From the NCBI RefSeq assembly GCF_009914755.1, contig NC_060927.1: a stretch of DNA of 64,000 nucleotides; one strand, 5' to 3'. A program made the translations under genes and the position numbers. The first letter of the stretch is position 1. Every line of letters starts with the position of its first letter. The stretch is from the human T2T-CHM13v2.0 reference genome, Homo sapiens. The notes under the pieces were generated by a model. The model saw only the letters and a list, made by a program, of their open reading frames with translations. It was not told where the DNA came from and searched no databases. Shown one piece after another: positions 39,843 to 57,719 of the stretch.

Positions 39843-41904
39843 GCTACACATTTTAGTATGTCCATTGTTGAACTCAAACTGGATAGCACCTTACATTAGG
39901 AAAGTAGATTGCCTGGCTGTACTGATATATGTACTTTATTCCTCACTTAATGTTTTTGTTTCCTATGGATTCTGTGTCTCTTTAACTAATCGTGTTTTCC
40001 TCTTTAATTTTGGCTGCTAGGAATCTCACAGCCAAATTTGAAGGCTTATACAGATCTTCCAGCCTCCTTCCTATGTCTGTTTTTGTTTTCTGCCCTATTT
40101 TCCCTTTGTCCTAATTTCCCCACTTAATTATCTTATGTGAACTATTTTGAAAGATGATGTATTAAGTAAGCAAACTTGTTCATTGGCATGAGTAGTAAGT
40201 GAATATCCCTGACAGGATTTCCTGTTGTCAGTTCTCAATATGTTTATTTTATTCACAAAGTAAAAACTTCATTTGGGATATTCTCGAAAGAATCTGTAAG
40301 ATATATGCTTAAATATCCAGGCTCATTTTATCTGATAGCTCCCACATACTGACATCTTTCTAGTACGAAGTGATCATTAACTTAAATACATTGAAACTGA
40401 GAAGTCCTATTTACCTCTTATAGGTACCATCTTTTCCTAATGGCAGTGACATTTTTCATCAAAGATTCCCTTGCCATCAAAGTCATTCCTTTTGAAATTG
40501 CAAAATCACCTCTGCCTAATGGTTTTATTAACACATTGACAGCCAAATGTGATTGTAAAAGATGGATTTTTTTTAACAAGTGCTTTCATTTAAGATGGAT
40601 AAGGTCAAAGGTTATATAAAATTTCAGCTTTCAGGAAAATTCAAATGTGCCGCATCCACTCCTTCAGGTGCCTCTGACACATTTTGGCAACAATACCATA
40701 ATTAAGAAAGTCAGGATGAAGCATAACATCAACAGTATGATCTGGGTCACTATGGATGGCACCTCTGTCACCTTTTAATTGTGTCAGATCTGTGCAGCAA
40801 GCAGAAATATTTAGTTTATTTAGTGGTTTGTGAGCCCACTAAATAATTAAAATAAACAAATGACTAATTTGCTTACTTTTAATTTTTATCCAATCTACAT
40901 TAATTAATAATTTACAAGGTAAAAATGAATAGTAGATAAAAATGACTTTTCTTCCGGTGCTCACACGGGCACAATCCTGGACAGATTCTGCTTTATTGAC
41001 TGCTCATTTGTAGTAGAAATAACCCCAGAGAAAACAGTGTTCAATGTGAACCAGGCTTTAATAAAAGGAACGGCAGACTCCGGAGGTTTTTTCTATTTCC
41101 ATATAATCCCAGGATCATTTGTCTGGAGCTGTTTTTGAATTATTCATATGAACGGTAGCTCTTTCAGATATTAGATGTGAACAGCTTCTATCGTACAGTT
41201 TCACAGGCAGTGTCTTTTTTGCTGGCCTTTTAAAAATAGAGCTTTTTTTTCCTGTTCCAAATTGCTCTTTGGTAGTTCTGAGTGGGGTTGTATTAGCAAA
41301 ACGTTAAACATTAAGAGGCTGTTTGGGGGCTACTGCGAAGATTTCTGCAGGTAAAAGAGAAGAGAATGGAGAAATATAATGGGAATATGATATTCCTGGG
41401 AAAGCCTTCATTTTGAAGCAGCTTTTGAAAATCTCAGCATAGTCTCCTGGTGTAAGCATTGTTTAGGAGACTCAGTTAACATTTATTCTCATTCACTGTA
41501 ATCTAAACTACAAGTAAATTGGATTTGAAGGATTTACTCGGCTAAGCCTATTGTTCTTATATCCCATTTGACACCAAGCATTGAATCTGTTCTCAGCCTT
41601 CAGGAGAAAAACAAGGCTCTTTAGGGAGGCTTCCAAGGGCAGGGAGGTGTGTTCCCTCCATCTCTCCCCTGACTCATCTCTCCCTGCCTCCTTCATTCAC
41701 TTTACCTGCCAGTATGCCAAAGTCCTTTAAGTTCTCCCATCCACCAGGAAGATTCTTTGTCTCTTCTTTGCACTGTCTCTTTTGCCTAAAATGCCTAGCA
41801 CTTCCCACCCACCAACACCCTATTTTCCCTGCTTTTATCTACTTCTTTATCCTTTGAACTTAGATTAGTGCTCATCTCCCCTAATCCCAAGATGGTTGTT
41901 GATT

Positions 41905-42360
41905 GCCTGGGTTGGAGGGTTTCCCCAGAAACCAACCCAGAACAGGGATTTGAATGCAAGTAGTCTCTTGGAAAGTGATTCCAGGAAATACTGATAGGGT
42001 AGTGGGTAAGTGAGAGAGGGAAGGGATGGAAACCGATAGAAAGTATATTGTATCATAAGCAGTTGCCACTGTGAGCAACTGAAGCTCACCCTGCAGGGGA
42101 GCTCTGGGTGACAGTGTAGAGTTAGGCCATCCAGGGAGGAGCAAGCTGAAGTATGTCTTCCGGTTCCCATTTGCCATTGGCTGAGGGCTGAGGGCTGCTC
42201 CTGGAAGTACTGAATGAATCCCTGTGAGTCTGGCCTGTGCTATGCTGTGAAAAGAAGACTGGTGGAGAATTGCAGATGGGCTCAGTAGGATGCACAGGCA
42301 TAAACTGGAGCAGTGAGAGCCACGGAGGGTGTGTATCAGGCACCAATAGCATATGTTGCA
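41905..42360 (-). mobile_element. ERVL solo LTR (LTR16-like)
   Basis: gggtttccccagaaac...ggatttgaatgcaagtag...gtgattccaggaa...ccactgtgagcaactg...cattggctgagggctg. Confidence 0.7.
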
Positions 42361-42368
42361 TTGTCCCC

Positions 42369-42370
<2 letters not shown>

Positions 42371-42408
<38 letters not shown>
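42371..42408. repeat. (CA)19 microsatellite
   Basis: Perfect CA run. Confidence 0.97.
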
Positions 42409-42411
<3 letters not shown>

Positions 42412-43338
42412 TCTGGGGGCTGTGCTTCTGTAGGTTGAGGGTAAGAAACTGCTTGTCCATTTCTGTACCCTTTGTGTCCTAATGTAGTACTCAGCACACA
42501 GTAACTATTCAGTGAACATTTGTTGAAGTAGCAAGTGTAGAATGATTGAGTGCCTCTGTTAGACTGCCCCATCCTGAGTTTTGATTTCCAGTGCTTCCTC
42601 ATAAGCACATTCTGCCAATCATTGAGGCACCTTCATCTGCCTACTCAGCTCTCATGGTTCAGAGCGTCATATCCATGTTTCTGAATGACTACCCTGGTGC
42701 TTTGATTTTCCATGAATGGATAAATATTGCAGCCCGTGCCATCCCCTGGTCCTGCGTGCTGCTCTGTCAGGCCTTTTCAGGTGGAGGTAGCCAATGTTGG
42801 GAGTTGTGTGGGAATGCAGGTGGGAAGGTAGTGGGGATAGAATCAATGTCAAACTTTTAGCCCCTGTGTCACCTTCCACCTTCCTTGCAGCACACTGGAT
42901 TGGGTGGCAGATGTTCCCAGAGCCCGGCTCTTTGGAAGGAGCAGAACATCTCTTCCACCAGAAAGCTTCCCAACTCCAAGGCAATGGGTAGAGAGCCATT
43001 TCCTGGAAACAATAATCTTAGCCTGGTGGCGTGGGGAGCCACTGTGCTCTGTCAGCCCACACCCTCCTTGTGTGTTCCCTCCCTGAATGCCAGCCGGCCC
43101 TGTGCTTCGGAGGCCAGCACTTCCTGCCAGAGCATCTAGAATCCAGCCTATTTGGCCTGTGTCTTCCAGTTTGGCTGACTGGCTCGGCTCTGTCCTCAGC
43201 ACTGCTGTTCTCTCCAACTGAGTTCTTCAGCATGCTGGACAGCCTGTCTTTCTTTCCAACCTTCCACCTGCTGCTCTGGCCTGCTGTCTCCCCAGCCTGT
43301 CCTCTGTGGAGCTGCCCCTCCTGTGGCTGTGGCCCTAG

Positions 43339-43724
<386 letters not shown>

Positions 43725-45466
43725 TCAGACTAGATTATTTTTAAGACTCCTTCTAAATATCAGATTCAATTCTGTGACCCAAGGTTGTTCCCACTACCCT
43801 TCCCAGCCAGATACCTAATTTCTAGGTTTGTGATCCATGCTCGATTTGGTGAATTCCGAATGTTACAAAGCACTCTACTGGATGGGGCAGTGGTGAGGGA
43901 GGTGAGGTGGGCACAGCAATGATTGCCGCCTCCAGGACCCACCATCTGATTGGGGGAAAATGGCCATCAAGTAGGTCCCCATGGTAGAAGCTAGTGAAGA
44001 ACTGTTCCTGAGAGCTGTTCCGTAACGTAATGATGGCTGTGAAATCAGGTCACTGTGGCATCAGGGGGAGTTTCTTTTGTGCTTGGAAGTAAATATTGAG
44101 CTGAAAAAGGCTGTTAATTCTGGCTACATAAGGCCATAGTTTCCCTTCTCTGAGATCCCAGCATCCACTATCATGTTCTCTGGGGCCCTTTCATGGCATG
44201 AGGGAGGTGGTATGTGGCTCCTCAGGACCCTCCAATGTACGTTACCATGTGTCTGAACTAGGAGAGACCATGGGTTAATAAAGTCAGACTAAAGACCTGG
44301 GGTTAAATACTAGCTCAGCCACTCACTAAATGTGTGATTTTTGCCTCTCTGCAGCTTACTTTTGTCACCTGGAACAAGTGGGTAGCCCTTGCTTTGCTGT
44401 ATTTTTTGAGAATTAATTCTGTGAACAATCATTGAGTACTTACTATGCCTAGGTTATTGTGTTAAACTTGGTGGGGTGGCCACACAGAAAAATTAGACAT
44501 TATCTTTGCTCCTATCTCTAACTCACATTCTAGTAAGGGAGAGAGAAAAATATATTACAAAATAATCTGATAAATGTAACAATAGATTCAGTGAATTAAT
44601 AATTTCCTCAGAAACAGGATATGCAGTTTTCAATAAAATCTATTTTGCTTCTCCTACCTAAGTAGCAAAGAATCTGCAAAAAGATGAGATAAGGTAGTAC
44701 GCCATAAGTGACCCACCTCTGGAGAGCTGTCAGGGCCATTTTGCACAAAGGCAAATGTCACTCATACTTCATAACTGAAAAAATTATTTTGAGTTCCTTA
44801 ATAAGTCATAGGATAATCCTGAGTCATTTCAGGAAAGCTTAAATAATGTTTAAGGGTCAGAGAAGTATATAATATATTTAGGACAGTTTAAATCTGGAAA
44901 CATTAAACTTTTCTTAATTTTTATTTTTTAAGATAATATTTGGCATACTGACGGAATTATAAAAATTATGTAGAATTATATTAATACATAAACTTTAAGG
45001 AACAAATGAAATCAAAATTTTACCATACATCCTTACAATGCATCCTTTAATGGCAGATTAAGAAACTTTCCTGTAGGAGCTCTGTTAGCCAACTTTCCCT
45101 TAACTCCCCCAAATAACGGAAACCCTCTGTTTCCTCTATACAATATTCTAATGGATACCCACAGCACAATGGAGGCTCTGAGTTATTGCATCTATGAATG
45201 TCTTCTACAACCAGTGGAGTTGTGTGCTTGTCAAGAGGGCTGGTTATCATAGCTATTAATTCCCGTTCATTTCTTCATTCAACAAGTATTATTTTCATAC
45301 TTTATTAGACATTGCTTTAGATATTAGAGATACGGCAATGACCAATGTTCCTTGTATTCTAGTTGTATTTACTTTTGGAATTATGTAAACTGAATATTCC
45401 ATCAACTAATGAAGAATAAATGTGAAAGGCCAACTGCTGATTTTCATGAAGATTAAGTGAAAAGCT

Positions 45467-45862
45467 ATAGTGGGCATCTGTCCTTTGTGACTACCCAAGA
45501 TCTTTTAAATTTCTTCTCTGTCTCAAGTTTCCATTTCCTTTGTGACATAGGTTCTACCAATCAGATGCCCCTGTAACTAATGTATATGGGGCTGAGTATA
45601 CCTGTTTTGCTAACTAGGTGGTAGCAGAGAAAATCCTAGTGCTGTCACTGCGGAGCTGTCTGTGGTTGTAGAGTTGGCTATGGCGTCAGTTCCCACAGAA
45701 GACTGGTTCCATGGTATAACTCTTGGAAGCTTAGTCTGAGCCTGCTTCCACATCTTCCTCCCCAAATTCTGTAAGTCTCAAATCATTCTTAATAAATTCC
45801 TTTTCTTAATGAATTAGCCATAATAAATCCTGTTGTTTGCCACTAGGAAGCCCAACTATTAA
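45467..45862 (+). mobile_element. Old LTR fragment (MaLR/ERVL type)
   Basis: ccaatcagatgc...aataaattccttttctt...ttagcca...ctgttgtttgc...: poly(A) signal and 3' end typical of old MLT1/LTR67-like elements. Confidence 0.5.
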
Positions 45863-46639
45863 AAATCCTCTGGAAAGACCTTAAAGTTCCTTTAAAAAGT
45901 TCCCAAAAAATCTAAACCCCCAAATTGTCAAGTTTTATGTGGGCAAAACAATTGTGCACACTGAGGGGATGATAAAAATCATTAGAAAGATTTCACACTT
46001 AGATTGCTTCATAATTTTTTTTACATTAGTTTTTGCTCCACTTTAAAGAAATCCAAATTGGAAATCAGCACTGTGGCACCGTAGGCATGGACACAGAATG
46101 ATGAAGGCCCAATCCATGGACCCAAACACAATGAGAGGCCTTGATTTATCATCAAGAGATGAGAGGATGAATGCACATTGATAAGTTTTTATTTAGAATA
46201 AAATATTTAAATTATTTATGAATCTTTTTTTAAGATTCTTAATTGTAATCACTTTGATTCACCAACTTTGTATCAGCTCTGCCTTTTTTTTGGATGAAGA
46301 GACTTCTCGAATACTATGTGAGGCCTTTGAACTTGGCAGGCACCTCTACAAGGGGGCCTTCTCCTCATGCCCACCCTTGGCTTCTCTGGGTTTCCTCTAC
46401 CTCTGGTCTAGAGGTTTGGTCTACTCACTTCTTCAAGCAAAGCCTTTTCAAACTCAAAGAAGTCCTTTCAAGCCTGCTGCCTCTGGGAGCTCCAAGCAAA
46501 GCTCTTTGGTTGGAATCTCTCTGAGGTTACTGTGAATTCAGGCTGTCTCTGATCAATGTTATTGAGCACTGCAGTCACAATGTCTGGTGTCACCCCTGTA
46601 GCCAATGGCCGTGCTCAACACTACTGTCTTCTAATACAT

Positions 46640-46812
46640 CGACTACTTTTCTGATTTCCTCACAGCTTTTCCTTCTCTTGTTCCTGCCTCTCCTTCCTCT
46701 CCCTCCCCTTTACTCCCTGTCTTCCATCTTATTCTTTCTCCTTCACATTTGTATTTCCCACCCCCGCTTTCATCCTCTCCATCCTTCGCCATCCCCATTT
46801 CTATCTTTCTTC
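46640..46812. repeat. CT-rich low-complexity tract
   Basis: About 170 bp that is almost entirely pyrimidine on the + strand. Confidence 0.7.
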
Positions 46813-46908
46813 CAGGCCCAGGGAGACTGAGACCCTGGTATGAAATGAAGCAGAAATTGCCTACACTGAACACGGGCTCCCCTTTCTTTGGTGATCTTTG
46901 TTAAATAA

Positions 46909-47279
<371 letters not shown>

Positions 47280-47934
47280 TAACATGGATTCCACTTGTGT
47301 AACCTTAAGAGCTTTACAGAAGACTATACAATATGCTTCTAAAATATTAAGTCATTATCTAGTCTTTTATAATATCAAACAAAAATATATTTGATTACAG
47401 GAAAACTTTAAACAAAGTAATTTTTACTTCAACTTCTGACATGAGAAGATAAATGCCAATGATGAATTTCCAGTCACTCAGGATGATTTTAGTATGCCAA
47501 TTTCAATTAGCCTTTTTAAAGGATTGTAGAAACTAAATGTCATAGGGATTAAAAATGTACATACAAATCACTTGAAATTCTAGAAAAAAAGGTAATATTT
47601 TTTGGAAAATAAAGCAATCCTGGACTTGTGGCTTTTAAACATAATGCATATTACCATGTTATGTAGCAAACCAATGACATAGCAGACAACAGATGGGCGC
47701 TCAGTGTACATTTATTAAGTGGTTGTAGATCATTTCTGAGGTAGTGAAATTTGGCTTTTCTTGCCAGTGTTAAAATTAACCAACCTATTTTGAAAATTGA
47801 ACTGTAGTTATAACATATATACCTGAAAGGAATGGCAGAGACACTAAACACGTGCCATCTGACTTCTAAATATATACACGTTTAGCACTCTGTATGCATT
47901 TTACATAGCCTCCCAATTTTATCTAATCCCTACA

Positions 47935-48400
47935 TGTTTTCATCAAATATTTCTTAAGCCCTGCTATGTGCTATGCTAGATCTTGGAGACAAGAGAAATC
48001 TAAGACAAAACTAGATCCTGTTCTGGAGGAGTTTCTAATTTTACTGGGAAGATTGAATATGTTTAGAAAGAGGTGAATAAAATACAGTGTGAAGAAGCAA
48101 GAGATAACTAGGAAGACTTCCTGAAGGAGGTGAGCATTGATGGGGGCCCTGTGCTAGGTTTAGAAGGCCATGTATGACTCCTGAGGAGTAGAGGGGAGGC
48201 ACATGGGCCTTCTGGGTGCAGAATAAGCAGAATAGAAAGAAGAGGCTGTATGGCACGTTCCAAGAGCAATAAAGAGACAAGTTTTGCTGTAGTGGAGTGT
48301 TCCTGTAGAAGAGAATGGGTCAGAAGGTTGGTGAAATGAGCAGATGAGATTCTGATTCTAGAAAGCCTTGAATGCGAGCCTAAGCAGATTGAACCTGATG
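47935..48400 (-). mobile_element. L2 LINE 3' region
   Basis: catcaaatatttcttaagccctgctatgtgc...ggaagacttcctgaaggaggtga...aaagccttgaatgc. Confidence 0.7.
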
Positions 48401-49344
48401 GGTGTTTTCCAAAAAGCTTCTTTCAACACTAAGGCATTTCTGGAGATGACTTTGGTCATATCTTGGGGAAGGAGTGCAGGTAGAAGAGGTGTAAAGAGAC
48501 AGAGCTCCAGGTGTTCCACTTTTGCATACCCTTAAGTTCATGCATAAAATTTTCTTTAGAAGAAGGGTTCTAGTACTAAAATAAACATGCAAAAACCAGT
48601 GCCCCAATCAATAAAAAGGCCTTAAAGATATTTGAGCCTATCCAATGATTAATAACATATAAAGATTCATCTTCCAATTCAGCTATGAGAAGGAGGCCAG
48701 CCAGGGGGCTTACTAGACTATTTTCAACTTTTTAAGTCCTTATAACCTACACCTGGCTGTTTTTACCAATGGACCTGGCATTTCAAAGCTGTAGATAATC
48801 CAAAAGTCAGTTATATTTGAGTCTGTGTTGTGTGGCCTGATCTTTCCACTGGCAGATTTACCTTCTTAATTGTGTTTTTCTTAGTCTAATACTGAAATTA
48901 ATTTGCATTTCCCAAGCACACAATGGCTGGATAGTTGTGGAGAGGAGGAGGAGACTGAGAAGAAAAAATAAGGGAGAAGGGTTGTTGTCCAGGGAAGCTG
49001 GCTCAGGCTTTGGCATTCATCACACATCTTTGATCTGTGGACATCTCCTCACAAGTAATTGCAACGAACTATGGTATGGCCAATTGACCAGAATCACTTT
49101 TCAACTTGCGGTCAGTCTGCTAAAATAAATGTATTTATAAGTGGCTCCCTTTTCTTTTCTCGCCTCTTCCCTCCATATCATTTTTTCTCATGATTGTCTT
49201 TATCTTCTTAACAAAAACAAACATTTGACAATGTTTCTGGTCAGTGGAAGCCTTAGGCAATGTTGATGGATAAGCAAACATTTATATGATGAGTAGTGAA
49301 CTCATTGTAGCCTACAATTAGGTCTAAGGTAAAACTTTTTTAAA

Positions 49345-49905
49345 AAATGTTTTGAATAGATGTTACATTTATATGGTCTCAGTTTAATATATACCTATAG
49401 GTATAGATACAGATATAGGAATGTGTGAAGGTAAAAGTGAACAATTTCCCTTCTGCCCTTGTCTAACATCTACATGATTCTCATGGCCCAGCATACAAAT
49501 AACCACTATTATTAGAATAATTTCTCATATATCCTTCCACTTTATGCACATACAAACATATATTCATTTCCTCTTATTTACACATGGGGTTGCATACTAC
49601 GCCTACATTATTGTGCATGTTATTTTCTCATATAACATATCTTAAAAACACTTCAGTGCAGAGGGAGCTTCCTTATTCTTTGTGTAGATCCAAATAATAT
49701 TCCCATATGGTTGGGCAGCAGTTTATTTAACCAATTCCCTACTGAGAGACATTTGGGCTGTTTCCAATCCTTTTCTATCACAAACAATGCAACAATGAAT
49801 ATTTTTTGTGCACCTGTGCAAGTAGGTGTGTATATAAATTTTCAGAAGTAGAATTACTAGGTCAAAGAGAATATTTATTTGTCATTTTAATATAAATTGC
49901 CTTAT
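49345..49905 (-). mobile_element. Old L1 (L1ME-like) fragment
   Basis: tttatttaaccaattccctactg...gacatttgggctgtttccaat...acaaacaatgcaacaatgaat...agtagaattactaggtcaaag. Confidence 0.8.
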
Positions 49906-50290
49906 ATTTATATGTGCAATTTTCTTTTAAACCAGTTTTTCTGTTATAAAATGTTTTAAAGGTACTGTTTTGTAGAAAAACTACAAATCTTTTTAAGTTA
50001 ATTTTGAGATGTTCCCTTACAAGCAGCAGTTCTAGAAGCTGCAGGGCTGATGTATCTTACAGAGCCATTGTATTAGAGGCCAGTGACAGCTGCAGTGATG
50101 ATGCTGGAAGCCCTGTAGGAGGCAGAACAATACGTCCTTGAGAAAGTGGAAAGTTCTTCTGATGAAGAACAATTACTCAGAAGTTTTGTGAGTTCAGGTG
50201 GTGAAGCTTCTTAGTGGTGTCATTGGTCTTCCTTCCCTGGTGGTTGATTGAAAGGGTTTCCGGAATTCTCAGAACCCAATTTTGGAGAGC

Positions 50291-50343
50291 TGCCAGCATT
50301 ATGATTAGTACAATGCCAGCATTATGATTAGTACAATGCCAGC
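50291..50343. repeat. 23-bp perfect tandem duplication (2.3 copies)
   Basis: tgccagcattatgattagtacaa twice, then tgccagc. Confidence 0.95.
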
Positions 50344-50639
50344 TATATTTGTCTGCAGGAGCTTTTAACCTGGGATTCATGGACTGTTGAAGTCAAGGAT
50401 TGGTGAACTTGGGTGGGAAAAAATACATTTTTGTTTTTACTAACCTCTATGTGAAATGAAACATTTTCTTCAATAACAACTGTAAGTAAAACCAGAGTAG
50501 AATTGGCAGTACCTGTGACTTTGTTACTAAAATAAATGAAGGATGTAGCCATGTCACACTATAGTCATTGCAAATATTCTAAAACATCATTTACATTCAT
50601 CATCATGTCAAATGGTGAAGTTATTTGACCCACTCCTAG

Positions 50640-51274
50640 TGTCCTAAAATTTATACTTGGAATCTGTTTTAATCAGGTATGGTAAGATAGCAGACACAGA
50701 CATGATTTTCATGAAGGAAGAGGTTCATACCCACAGGTCTCTAGAAACTGGAGGCCCAGTAGGCCACACAGAGCCACATGGGAAGCACTGGGATTGGTCA
50801 GGAGGCAGGAGAGCCACATGGGAAGCACTGGGGTTGGTCAAGAGGGGAGAGCATGGCCCATTAAAGGAAAACCCCTTTGTTGTAGTTTTAATAGGAAGAA
50901 AGAGGTGAAGCAGCATGGGTGTGCTGAGTAAGCTAAGATTAGATAGTCTGAATGATTTTGGTGGACTCTGGGCTATAGAGGTGGTCCCTCCTTATCTGGT
51001 ACCTGGCTATGGGGTAATTCAGGACAGAGAGAATATTGGCTGGGTGAGAGAGAGCTTGATAAAGGAGAAGGTTGGGGCTGTGGGCTCTGAATTGATTGTA
51101 ATCAATCAAGTCAAGTATATCAAGTATATTCAAGTATATCAAAGGTGTGTTTGTAGGAGGGTAATTTGCTCTTTCTAGGAATTAGCTAGCTCTGGGAGGT
51201 ACAGTCTCTCCATGATCAAGGCTTCAAATACCAGCGCATCAAGCACACAGAAAATTTTAAAAATCGTCAATACA
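50640..51274 (-). mobile_element. ERVL solo LTR (MER74/MER73-like)
   Basis: TG...CA ends; ttttaatcaggtatggt...tctggtacctggc...ctaggaattagctagctctgggagg...caataca; TSD cctag/gctag. Confidence 0.75.
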
Positions 51275-51437
51275 GCTAGATAGTTATTTTATGTGTTGAT
51301 AAATAAGCACAGGTACTACATAATCATAGTTGTGCTTTAAAAGTATTTTAATAACTATATTCCATTCTTATTAGCTTCCTTTGTAAACCCATGTAATTTA
51401 TTTTCTGTCTTCAAAAACATTATCCTGAAAAGGATAC

Positions 51438-51834
51438 TGCTATGGTTTGTATGTTTTGTTCCCTCCAAATTTCATGTTGAAATGTGACCTCTAATGTTGG
51501 CCATGAGCCTAGAGGAGATGTTTGGGCCATGAGGGTGGATCCCTCGTAAATGGTTTGGTGCCATCCCCTTGGTTATGAGTGAGTGAGCCCACAACTTTCC
51601 CTCTCTCTATATTACTCTCTCTCTCTCTTTCTGTCTCTCTCTCATTATGTGACACACTGCTCCTCCTCACCTTCCCACCTTCCCACCATGATTGTAAACT
51701 TCCTGAGGCCCTCACTAGAAGTAGATGCCGACCCTATGCTTCATATACAGCCTGCAGAACTGTGAGCCAAATAAACTTCTTTTCATTATAAATTACCCAT
51801 CCTCAGGTATTCCTTTGCAAATCTGACTAACAGA
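51438..51834 (+). mobile_element. MaLR solo LTR (MSTB-like)
   Basis: tgctatggtttg...catgttgaaatgtga...ccaccatgattgtaaacttcctgaggcc...cagcctgcagaactgtgagccaaataaac; perfect TSD gatac (51433-51437, 51835-51839). Confidence 0.93.
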
Positions 51835-52055
51835 GATACCATGGTCTTCATCAAATGGCTCAAATGACATAAAGCTATCAAGAGAGACAGTTTCTTACTT
51901 GACTAACTCTTCTGTATTTTCTATTTTCCTTTCTTCTGGACTGAGGTTCGGCAAAACTTAGCACAGAGGCAAGATATTGGGAGAGATGCTGCCCTGTTTC
52001 CATCACCAACACTCACACCTTCATCCGGGGGAGGAGGTACTCATTATGGCTGTAA

Positions 52056-55456
<3,401 letters not shown>

Positions 55457-55459
55457 TCA

Positions 55460-55650
55460 TTTTTCATGTATTATCTCACTTGATCCTTGTAACAATCCTA
55501 GAAAGTAGGATGTGATTATCTCTCCCCTTTTACAGGAAGTAACTGAGGCAAAGAGTGTTTATTATCTGCCCAAGGTCACACACTAGTAGCAGAACCATAC
55601 TGGAGGTTGGGAAGTCTGGCTTCAAAGCCCACACCTGAACACTGCATACA
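55460..55650 (-). mobile_element. MIR SINE (its other part probably at about 52048-52090)
   Basis: atgtattatctcacttgatcct...acaatccta...gtagg...ttttacagg..aactgaggca...tgcccaaggtcacaca. Confidence 0.75.
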
Positions 55651-56240
55651 CTACGCTTGAGGTATGAGCACATCAGGCCTCATTCTCTGCATATGTGTAC
55701 CAGGCAGAGAGCATTCTCTTTCACCATAATTACATGGTGATTAACTGCCTTAACTTACAAAAGCTTAGAAATCCATCTGAGTGCAAATCTGGGAATCTTT
55801 AATCTTTAGGTTAAATATGCAAAGTAGTTTAGAAAAAAAATCAAGAAATGAATTCAAAGTATAATTGTGCTATATTTGTTAATAGCTTGGCAAGTTAAAT
55901 TCACCCAAGTGGTAACCCCTTTAAACTTACTTTATAAAACTTCTAAGGGATCATAAAACCCAAAAGTAAATGAGTCATGTCAAAAGGTTGTCCTTGGGTT
56001 CTCTGCCAGAGCTATGATCACTCCTGGCCTTTTTGCTACAATAAGAAACTCTCAGGTTATACTTCCTGCTTCCCCACTGACCTGCCTTTTACAGTACTAG
56101 GTATGTACAAATCAGATGTTCACAAAGTAGGGAGTGGCCATATTTTCTTTGCTACTGAATCTCAGGTTTATTGCTTTGTCTTACTGTCTTTAAAAGTATT
56201 TTAAAAATGCTTACTAAACTCTCAGTCAAGCTTTGCTTTA

Positions 56241-56948
<708 letters not shown>

Positions 56949-57383
56949 CAAACTACTTAGTTACCTTAATTATGATTGAAGCATCACTAGGGACACATAC
57001 CCTAAGCTCAATTGCCTCATGAGGCAAATAAATGTCTTGAATGTTCTATTTGCATGTCCAAATATATACTGTGATGATAGCACATATCACAAGGTGTTAA
57101 GGTATTAGTCCACCCAGATGGCACATCATGTTAACAGGGTCTTCTGAATACAAATGCTCAACTCAGGGACTGACTCCAAGAGTGGTAACTTCAGGTACTA
57201 TGTGCCAGAGAAAGACAGATGTGGGGGATGGCAGGACTTTGGTTTATCCCTCAGATTATATTACACAGGCAATTGTGTATTCTCTGTGAACATAAAGCTA
57301 TGTCTGTATTTTCAATTACAACAGAAACTATACTGAAACAAGCCTCATTTTGTGAAGCTGGGGCTATTGTTAAATTCTATTAA

Positions 57384-57719
<336 letters not shown>

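Larger units (their letters stand above)
50356..51890. mobile_element. hAT-Charlie DNA transposon (Charlie4a-like) in three pieces: 50356-50639, 51275-51437, 51835-about 51890
   Basis: TIR-like caggagcttttaacctggg...gtgaacttgggtgggaaaaaat...gcagtacctgtgactttgt; resumes collinearly after each LTR (gctagatagttatttt..., aaaacattatcctgaaaagg | catggtcttcatc). Confidence 0.7.
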
